DNA of 4,832 nucleotides from a virus (Duplodnaviria; Heunggongvirae; Uroviricota; Caudoviricetes): IMG/VR virus record IMGVR_UViG_2698536435_000010; one strand, 5' to 3'. Shown piece by piece: positions 1 to 4,832 of this stretch (position 1 is its first letter; each line of letters starts with the position of its first letter). The notes under the pieces were generated by a model. It saw only the letters and a program-made list of their open reading frames with translations, ran no database searches and was not told where the DNA came from. The position numbers and the translations under genes were made by a program.

Positions 1-37
1 CATCGGGCATTATCTGAACATAAAACACTATCAATAA
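1..37 (+). CDS. insB: IS1 transposase InsB, C-terminal codons only (5'-partial, continues upstream of window)
   Basis: Frame 2 reads ..IGHYLNIKHYQ then TAA at 35-37, matching the recalled C-terminus of IS1 InsB (..HDKVIGHYLNIKHYQ*). Confidence 0.7.
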   Translation, partial: IGHYLNIKHYQ

Positions 38-52
38 GTTGGAGTCATTACC
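30..52. repeat. IS1 terminal inverted repeat (right copy)
   Basis: atcaataagttggagtcattacc is the reverse complement of the recalled IS1 inverted repeat GGTAATGACTCCAACTTATTGAT. Confidence 0.75.
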
Positions 53-81
53 CAATTGACCTTGATAAATTACTAAAGCTA

Positions 82-297
82 ATGGCTGAAAACTCAGAAG
101 AAATTGAAGACTTTATTCAGGAAATTGAAACTGGTGAACCGCGTTTTATGTTTCCTGTTACCGACTCAAACATGAAGCGTCTTATTATCGAAGAAACGAA
201 CAAATACAGCGTTAGCCCTGAAAAATATCTCAAGGCGGCTATAGCAATTTTGTATAGCGATAATATTCTGGTGACGGATTCGAAGGTGGTGCATTAA
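82..297 (+). CDS. hypothetical acidic protein, possibly the 3' remnant of a gene cut by the IS1 insertion
   Basis: 71-aa ORF from ATG 82 to TAA 295-297. The same frame has no stop back to the IS1 junction at 52/53, and the Shine-Dalgarno before ATG 82 is weak (aaag), so the true start may lie on the other side of IS1. Confidence 0.5.
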   Translation: MAENSEEIEDFIQEIETGEPRFMFPVTDSNMKRLIIEETNKYSVSPEKYLKAAIAILYSDNILVTDSKVVH

Positions 298-362
298 TGG
301 AATTGGTGATTATCTGTTTTGTATTGATTGGTATGATTGCAGGTGCATCTATTAAAGTATAA
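297..362 (+). CDS. small hydrophobic peptide, 21 aa (MELVIICFVLIGMIAGASIKV), candidate single-pass membrane mini-protein
   Basis: ATG 297-299 overlaps the upstream stop (TAATG), suggesting translational coupling. Strong Shine-Dalgarno aaggtgg at 283-289, 7 nt upstream. Stop TAA at 360-362. Uninterrupted hydrophobic core. Too short for the supplied ORF track. Confidence 0.3.
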   Translation: MELVIICFVLIGMIAGASIKV

Positions 363-386
363 ATGTTACCAATCTGTTAAAGGCTG

Positions 387-415
387 TTGACAAACAACCT
401 TGAGCATGACATAAT
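387..415 (+). promoter_or_regulatory. sigma70-like promoter: -35 TTGACA (387-392), 17-bp spacer, extended -10 TGaCATAAT (407-415)
   Basis: Perfect -35 hexamer, optimal 17-bp spacing, 5/6 match in the -10 hexamer with a TG at -15/-14. Predicted start near 421-424. AT-rich background raises the chance of a fortuitous match. Confidence 0.4.
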
Positions 416-427
416 TGTATATATGGG

Positions 428-456
428 GGAGAGCAATTCTCTCTTATTTTTTCTTT
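428..456 (+). terminator. short hairpin plus T-tract just downstream of the predicted promoter (attenuator or terminator-like)
   Basis: Stem gagag (429-433) / ctctc (439-443), loop caatt, then ttatttttttcttt. The reverse complement has no U-tract after the stem, so any terminator function is + strand only. Confidence 0.3.
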
Positions 457-584
457 CAATAATCCGATGAATGGATATTCTGAGTTGGAAAGGTGCAATG
501 CTTTTCGTCCTAGCCTTTCAGGTTGGTCTGAGAGGCTATCTCAAAAAGTCTTTGTTCATTCATTATTGAATCCTTTACAGCTTT

Positions 585-621
585 GCCCTAATCATGAGTT
601 AGGGCTTTCTTTAAGAGTTTT
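585..621 (+). terminator. hairpin plus T-rich tail (terminator-like), first copy of the repeated TTAGGGCTTT motif
   Basis: Stem gccctaa (585-591) / ttagggc (599-605), loop tcatgag, followed by tttctttaagagttttt. Confidence 0.3.
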
Positions 622-681
622 TAAACAGAGCTTTTAAAGAAAGTTTTCCTGAAACTTCGTTAACGTTATAAGCAAACCTCC

Positions 682-720
682 AAAGCCCTTCACAGATTAT
701 GTTTAGGGCTTTTCTTAATA
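682..720 (+). promoter_or_regulatory. second hairpin carrying the TTAGGGCTTTTCTT motif
   Basis: Stem aaagccct (682-689) / agggcttt (705-712) with a 15-nt loop, followed by tcttaata. The 3' arm and tail repeat the motif seen at 599-620. Confidence 0.25.
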
Positions 721-812
721 GAGCATCTTTAATAAATCGTTAAGTCATCTTCTAAGTGTATTGGCGTTGAAGGTGCTCTATTAAGAAATAACCACACTTA
801 GAGGAAATTATA

Positions 813-1523
813 ATGACAAACGATTTATATATTAACGGTAAAAAGGTTGATAGCTTCGGAGACTGGTCACCACAGGGTGAACATCCGCTACATACTATTC
901 AGCGTCAAGAGCATGACAAGCGCATTGAGCTTGAGCAAGAGCTAAAGATGTCACCAAAGGTAATTTCCTTTGTGTCTCCTGAGCCTCAAGAAATGCCTGA
1001 TATCTGCAAAACTGAAGCACTATTTGAGCTTGAGCGTGAATATTACCCAGCTTTAAAATCACAGCGTCTTAGACTTGATGTCGCTTACGATGCTGTTAAG
1101 AACTTCGAAGAAACCTCGAAACCTTCAGAATATGATATTGCTTACGAGATTAAGTCAAACCCGTTTATCTATTATGAAGGAAACTTTAATGATGGTTTTG
1201 GTACAGCGATTGAAGACGTTCCTAAAGTTCTTCAAAGTATCCCTGAAGGGTTCCGGTTAATTGATGTCAGACAAGCATTAAGGGGTTCTGGTCAATTTAT
1301 TCTGATGACTGATAAAACAGATGAAGAGATTCTTCAGTTAGCTGAAGCTAATTTGACTAAGCATTATTCCGGTAAACTGGATAAGTTAAAGCAAAAGCTT
1401 AAAAAAGAACTTGATACTATGAAAGAACTTGTTAGTGAATATGAGTCGCAGAAGAAGATTGCTTTGATGGCTGATATTGAGCAGTTAACGAAGATTTCTC
1501 AGAAGTATAGCAAGGCTGTTTGA
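813..1523 (+). CDS. hypothetical protein, 236 aa, acidic with a coiled-coil-like Lys/Glu-rich C-terminus; function unknown
   Basis: Long ORF with Shine-Dalgarno gagga at 801-805, 7 nt before ATG 813. Lies upstream of the tape measure gene. No recognisable catalytic motif. Confidence 0.75.
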   Translation: MTNDLYINGKKVDSFGDWSPQGEHPLHTIQRQEHDKRIELEQELKMSPKVISFVSPEPQEMPDICKTEALFELEREYYPALKSQRLRLDVAYDAVKNFEETSKPSEYDIAYEIKSNPFIYYEGNFNDGFGTAIEDVPKVLQSIPEGFRLIDVRQALRGSGQFILMTDKTDEEILQLAEANLTKHYSGKLDKLKQKLKKELDTMKELVSEYESQKKIALMADIEQLTKISQKYSKAV

Positions 1524-1545
1524 TTATGAATTAAAGAGGTGATTA

Positions 1546-1755
1546 ATGTTTGAAGAACGTTTAGAGACTATTCGGTCTGTTTGTGAAAACTTAAAGTTAC
1601 AAACTAAGCCAGCCTTAAGAATTAAAAACAAACGTCAAGTTATCACCTCACACAAACCAAAAACACGCAAGATTCCAAAGTGGTGTATTGACCGTATTCC
1701 TTCTGATGCTCAAATCATAGGTGAAACGGAATTACATTATCTTGTCCGACATTAA
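1546..1755 (+). CDS. hypothetical small basic protein, 69 aa
   Basis: Very strong Shine-Dalgarno aagaggtga at 1534-1542, 3 nt before ATG 1546. Followed by a strong intrinsic terminator. Lys/Arg-rich. Confidence 0.65.
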   Translation: MFEERLETIRSVCENLKLQTKPALRIKNKRQVITSHKPKTRKIPKWCIDRIPSDAQIIGETELHYLVRH

Positions 1756-1778
1756 AAAAGAATTGGTTGGGTAAATAC

Positions 1779-1821
1779 GGGGAGAGATTATCGAGTGACA
1801 TCGGTAGCTCTCCCTTTTTTT
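1779..1821 (+). terminator. rho-independent terminator
   Basis: GC-rich stem gggagag (1780-1786) / ctctccc (1808-1814) around a 21-nt loop, followed by T7 at 1815-1821, about 25 nt after the stop of the 69-aa gene. Confidence 0.65.
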
Positions 1822-1911
1822 GTATGTGTGCTACGTGAAATCTGTAAAGCTAATACCCACACTGAAAAATAGAATTTACGTACAACACGCTTAAAGAGGT
1901 GAAAAATATGA

Positions 1912-2559
1912 ATGGCACAATTTAAAGTTGATGATTTTCTGATTGAGTTAAGTTTTAACTCTCAGAAAGTTTTAAAAGGCTTGGAAAAAGCCGAGAAACA
2001 AACGATGCAGGTAGCATCACGAATTGAGAAGCGATTGAATAAGTCGTTTAGAGTTAATCCTACGCCTTTAAATGATTCTCTCAAACTAATGGAAAGAAAT
2101 GTCGATAAAACTGTTTCCAAGATTGAGCAGCGTCTTAAAAACACTAGAGCGTTTAAGATTAAAACTGAAATTGAGGATACTTTAAAGCCACTTAGACAAC
2201 CAAGACAGCCACGAATTAGCGGAAGCAGAGCAATCACAGCAGCTTACTCAGCGAATATGAGCAAGCTTCGTGACTTTAATCCTATGCTTGAGAAGTATTT
2301 TAAAAGCCAGTATTACAGCTTAAGCAGTAAATCCAAGACACTTGGAAACGAAACTTTTAATCGTGAGTTAGCAAAGTTAAATCAGTCTCTTCGTGAAACA
2401 CTTTCTAAGTTTAACAAGACCACCAGCAAAAATAATCACAGTGAAAATGCTTCAAATAGTCTGGATGTATCCCCCTCTGTCAGGATAGTTGTCACCCCCA
2501 TCGAAAATACTAATGACAAGATGGGAACAGATCGTGAAACGAATTTCACCAGAACGTAA
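1912..2559 (+). CDS. phage tail tape measure protein, 5' fragment interrupted by an IS; native coding ends about 2477, the last 27 codons are IS-derived
   Basis: Shine-Dalgarno aaagaggtga at 1892-1901 before ATG 1912. Lys/Glu/Ser-rich low-complexity N-terminus typical of tape measure proteins. Composition switches from AT-rich to GC-rich at about 2478 and the ORF runs through the IS left end to TAA 2557-2559. The same frame resumes after the IS (see 4162-4806). Confidence 0.65.
   Translation: MAQFKVDDFLIELSFNSQKVLKGLEKAEKQTMQVASRIEKRLNKSFRVNPTPLNDSLKLMERNVDKTVSKIEQRLKNTRAFKIKTEIEDTLKPLRQPRQPRISGSRAITAAYSANMSKLRDFNPMLEKYFKSQYYSLSSKSKTLGNETFNRELAKLNQSLRETLSKFNKTTSKNNHSENASNSLDVSPSVRIVVTPIENTNDKMGTDRETNFTRT
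2478..2499. repeat. left terminal inverted repeat of the IS3-family element
   Basis: tgtcaggatagttgtcaccccc matches the reverse complement of 4055-4076 (tgtcaaggtagttggcaccccc) at 19 of 22 positions. Confidence 0.6.
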
Positions 2560-3016
2560 ATCGGCTGCACTGGCTAAATTACTACCGCCTTACAACATGA
2601 CCGTCACCGCAGTTGCGCAGATGGAAGGGATATCGGAAGCTACCCTTTATTACTGGCGTAACAAGGCGAAAGCAGAGGGAATACCGGTGCCGGGTGCAAA
2701 CAAAACTACAGACCAATGGTCAGCCGAAGCCCGGCTGGCTGTGATTATCGAAACAGCTACACTCAGCGAAACAGAACTCGCGCAATACTGCCGTAAAAAA
2801 GGGCTTTACCTGGAACAGATTAGTCAGTGGAAACAAGGCTTTTTGCAGGTGTCTTCGCCCACTGACAAAGCGGCGCTCAAACAAAGCCAGAAAGAAGTTA
2901 AACAACTAAAACGCGAACTGCTTCGTAAGGAAAAGGCGCTGGCGGAGGCGGCAGCGATACTGGTGCTGCGAAAGCAGTTGCGGGATTTTTACGGGGAAAC
3001 CGACGAGGACGACTGA
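2513..3016 (+). CDS. IS3-family transposase OrfA (HTH DNA-binding plus leucine-zipper-like region); start codon uncertain
   Basis: HTH-like segment TVTAVAQMEGISEATLYYWRNK and C-terminal heptad Leu region LKQSQKEVKQLKRELLRKEKALAEAAAILVL, as in IS3-family OrfA. The track start at 2489 is a TTG inside the inverted repeat; ATG 2513 is the first plausible start, ATG 2597 an alternative. Stop TGA 3014-3016. Confidence 0.75.
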   Translation: MTRWEQIVKRISPERKSAALAKLLPPYNMTVTAVAQMEGISEATLYYWRNKAKAEGIPVPGANKTTDQWSAEARLAVIIETATLSETELAQYCRKKGLYLEQISQWKQGFLQVSSPTDKAALKQSQKEVKQLKRELLRKEKALAEAAAILVLRKQLRDFYGETDEDD

Positions 3017-3051
3017 CGCCCGGAACAGAGCGGCAGGCACTTATCGGTTAC

Positions 3052-4047
3052 GTGCGGGACGCGATGGCGTCAGGAGCTCGGCTGTCAATAGCGCTGACGG
3101 AAGCGGGATTAAGTGAACGGACGTGGCGACGCTGGCAAACGTCGTGGGAAGACAAGCGTGTCAGCACGGTCAGGCCCTCCCCGGTGAACCAGTTAAGTGA
3201 GCAAGAAGAGCAACAGATACTGGCAGTGTGCCATCAGCCAGACTACGCCAGCCTCCCCCCGTCACAAATCGTACCGGCGTTGGCGGATAAGGGGATTTAT
3301 CTGGCAAGCGAGTCAACCTTTTACCGGGTACTGCGTCGTCATGGAGAGGTGCATCGTCGGGGACGGCAACGGGCAGCGCAGAAAGTCACCCCGGCTACGA
3401 GTTGGCAGGCCAGCGGGCCGAATGAGGTGTGGACATGGGACATTACATGGGTTCCGTCAACCGTAAAGGGGCGCTGGTTTTACCTGTATCTGGTGGAAGA
3501 CCTCTACAGCCGAAAAATCGTGGGATATGAAGTGCATGAAACTGAAAGTGGTGAGCAGGCGGCAGCCCTGATACAACGCACGGTCCTTCGGGAAGGATGC
3601 TGGCAAAACCCGCCGGTACTGCATGCGGACAACGGCGCGGCGATGAAGTCACAGACGTTGCAAATGAAGCTACACGAGCTGGCGATAACCCCCTCTCACA
3701 GCCGGCCGGGAGTGAGTAACGATAATGCGTATGTGGAGTCGCTGTTCCGGACACTGAAATATGTCCCGCAGTGGCCGTCATCAGGGTTCGGCAAGCTGGA
3801 GGAGGCGCGTGAATGGATAGAGGTTTTTGCTCAGTGGTATAACGAAATGCACAGACATAGCGGCATCAGGTATGTGACGCCGGGTCAGCGACATCGTGGA
3901 GAAGACGGTGTGTTGCTGAAAAATCGGGATGAGGTGTACAAAAAGGCAAAAGCGGAACGGCCTGAACGCTGGTCTGGCAGAACACGAAACTGGCATCCGG
4001 TAGGCAAGGTAATGCTGAATCCAGAACGGGAAAAACAGGCAGCCTAA
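3052..4047 (+). CDS. IS3-family transposase OrfB (DDE / rve-like catalytic domain), in the -1 frame relative to orfA
   Basis: DDE triad candidates in WTWDITWVP, HADNGAAMKS and SNDNAYVESLFRTLK with family-typical spacing (about 56 and 36 residues). The frame is open upstream from 2929, overlapping orfA by 88 nt. The called start is GTG 3052; ATG 3064 also possible. Confidence 0.85.
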   Translation: MRDAMASGARLSIALTEAGLSERTWRRWQTSWEDKRVSTVRPSPVNQLSEQEEQQILAVCHQPDYASLPPSQIVPALADKGIYLASESTFYRVLRRHGEVHRRGRQRAAQKVTPATSWQASGPNEVWTWDITWVPSTVKGRWFYLYLVEDLYSRKIVGYEVHETESGEQAAALIQRTVLREGCWQNPPVLHADNGAAMKSQTLQMKLHELAITPSHSRPGVSNDNAYVESLFRTLKYVPQWPSSGFGKLEEAREWIEVFAQWYNEMHRHSGIRYVTPGQRHRGEDGVLLKNRDEVYKKAKAERPERWSGRTRNWHPVGKVMLNPEREKQAA

Positions 4048-4054
4048 ATCAACC

Positions 4055-4076
4055 GGGGGTGCCAACTACCTTGACA
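4055..4076. repeat. right terminal inverted repeat of the IS3-family element
   Basis: gggggtgccaactaccttgaca; its reverse complement aligns with 2478-2499 (19/22). Confidence 0.6.
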
Positions 4077-4161
4077 CTTACCGGTATTAGCTACGAGTGC
4101 AATCAAAGCAGGTACAGCCATTTATAGTTTTCAGACAGCCTTAGAAGCTTACAGGCGGATT

Positions 4162-4806
4162 ATGGAGGTTGGTCTGAAAAAAGAAGCATCACAACGAGCG
4201 GCACAATTCGTTTTAGGTGATGAAGGTGCTAAACGAGCTACAGAATTTGTTAAGAATCTTGCTGATAGTAGTGGTGTAGACCAGATTGAAACATTAAGCA
4301 GTTTTGCTAAGTTTTCCGCTGGTGCTGGTGATATGAATGCAGACCAGAAAGAATCCTTATTTTCTAATGTGATTGGTACATCCAGATTAATGGGGCTAAG
4401 CACCGATGAAATTAACGGGATTTTAAAAGCTTTCGAGCAGATGGCATCTAAAGGAAAGATTCAGGCTGAAGAGCTACGCGGTCAATTAGGTGACAGAATG
4501 GCAGGTGCTTTTCAGTTATTTGCCAGAAGTCTTGGGATGACTACGGAAGAATTAGACAAGGCCATGAAAGACGGTAAGGTTCTTTCTAAAGATGTTTTTC
4601 CTAAAGTATCCGCTGAAATGGGAAGGATGATTGATAAAGCTGGTGGATGGGAAAAGATTATTAACTCTACTCAGACGCAGTTAGGCCGCTTAAGTAATTC
4701 ATGGAATAATAATCTGGCCTTAATGTTCGATGGTTCACAGGAAGGTTTAACAGACTTTACAAGGTCACTGACTAATTTACTTAATTCACTAAATAGCTGC
4801 GCTTAA
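4162..4806 (+). CDS. phage tail tape measure protein, 3' fragment downstream of the IS insertion; contains the conserved tape-measure domain
   Basis: Same frame as the 5' fragment, open from 4075 immediately after the IS right end. Segment KAFEQMASKGKIQAEELRGQLGDRMAGAFQLFARSLGMTTEELDKAMKDGKVLSKDVFPKVSAEM resembles the conserved tape-measure domain as I recall it. Stops at TAA 4804-4806, which is unexpectedly early. Confidence 0.7.
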   Translation: MEVGLKKEASQRAAQFVLGDEGAKRATEFVKNLADSSGVDQIETLSSFAKFSAGAGDMNADQKESLFSNVIGTSRLMGLSTDEINGILKAFEQMASKGKIQAEELRGQLGDRMAGAFQLFARSLGMTTEELDKAMKDGKVLSKDVFPKVSAEMGRMIDKAGGWEKIINSTQTQLGRLSNSWNNNLALMFDGSQEGLTDFTRSLTNLLNSLNSCA

Positions 4807-4832
4807 TACCGCTACACTTTTGCCAGCCCATG

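Larger units (their letters stand above)
1..52 (+). mobile_element. IS1 right terminus; the element body lies upstream of the window
   Basis: Bases 1-52 (catcgggcattatctgaacataaaacactatcaataagttggagtcattacc) match my recollection of the IS1 right end. GC-richer than the AT-rich DNA that starts at 53. Identity is recalled, not searched. Confidence 0.8.
2478..4076 (+). mobile_element. IS3-family-like insertion sequence (about 1.6 kb) inserted in the tape measure gene
   Basis: GC-rich block bounded by imperfect inverted repeats beginning TG and ending CA. Contains orfA and, in the -1 frame, an orfB with DDE motifs. Flanking triplets CTC (2475-2477) and CTT (4077-4079) are a possible imperfect 3-bp target duplication. 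Boundaries uncertain by a few bp. Confidence 0.8.

Noticed and set aside
467-637. 56-aa ORF (MNGYSELERCNAFRPS..) inside the 363-812 intergenic region
   Set aside because: No Shine-Dalgarno upstream, it overlaps the predicted hairpins, and its composition is not protein-like. Probably a chance open frame.
1075-1260. 61-aa + strand ORF from the track
   Set aside because: Lies entirely inside the 813-1523 gene in another frame, with no ribosome-binding site.
813-1755. The 236-aa and 69-aa pair as a toxin-antitoxin or anti-phage defence module
   Set aside because: No nuclease, ATPase or other diagnostic motif seen. The pairing of an acidic and a small basic protein alone is not sufficient evidence.
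1819-1855. Possible promoter for the tape measure gene (TTGTAT ... TGTAAA or TAATAC)
   Set aside because: Matches to consensus are poor and depend on hexamer choice. The gene is more likely read through from upstream promoters.
1962-2237. 91-aa minus-strand ORF
   Set aside because: Antisense to the tape measure 5' fragment, with no independent signals.
2489-2512. Track start of orfA at 2489
   Set aside because: The codon is TTG and lies inside the left inverted repeat. ATG 2513 is the first plausible start.
2786-2792. AAAAAAG run as the transposase frameshift site
   Set aside because: In orfA the codons are AAA-AAA-GGG preceded by T, so it is not in the A-AAA-AAG register. The -1 frame from here stops at TAG 2812-2814, well before orfB opens at 2929.
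2720-2905. 61-aa minus-strand ORF
   Set aside because: Antisense inside orfA; spurious.
3197-3466. 89-aa + strand ORF
   Set aside because: Alternate frame inside orfB; GC-rich sequence readily gives long spurious frames.
3443-4065. Two minus-strand ORFs (112 aa and 94 aa)
   Set aside because: Antisense to orfB, Arg/Pro/Ala-rich as expected for GC-rich noise, no start signals.
4149-4403. 84-aa minus-strand ORF
   Set aside because: Antisense to the tape measure 3' fragment, which carries a recognisable conserved domain on the + strand.
1-4832. CRISPR arrays, tRNA or rRNA genes
   Set aside because: No regularly spaced direct repeats with unique spacers, and no cloverleaf-compatible or rRNA-like segments seen on either strand.

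Overview
The window is a mosaic: AT-rich, phage-like DNA with all genes on the + strand, interrupted by two GC-richer insertion sequences. Calls rest on reading the sequence by eye and on recalled family knowledge; no searches were run. (1) Bases 1-52 match, from memory, the right terminus of IS1 (last codons of insB plus the 23-bp terminal inverted repeat). (2) Bases 53-2477 carry a short ORF that may be cut by the IS1 insertion, a 450-bp structured intergenic region with a strong sigma70-like promoter and three hairpin/T-tract elements, two hypothetical genes (236 aa and 69 aa) with strong Shine-Dalgarno sites, an intrinsic terminator, and the 5' part of a tail tape measure gene. (3) Bases 2478-4076 are an IS3-family-like element (about 1.6 kb, imperfect ~22-bp terminal inverted repeats, orfA with an HTH and leucine-zipper-like C-terminus, orfB with a DDE catalytic core in the -1 frame) inserted into the tape measure gene. 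(4) The tape measure reading frame resumes after the element and contains the conserved tape-measure domain, but stops at 4806, 26 bp before the window end. I see no CRISPR array, tRNA or rRNA, and no sequence-level support for a defence system or other new system; the unexplained content is the structured 363-812 region and the two uncharacterised proteins upstream of the tape measure gene.
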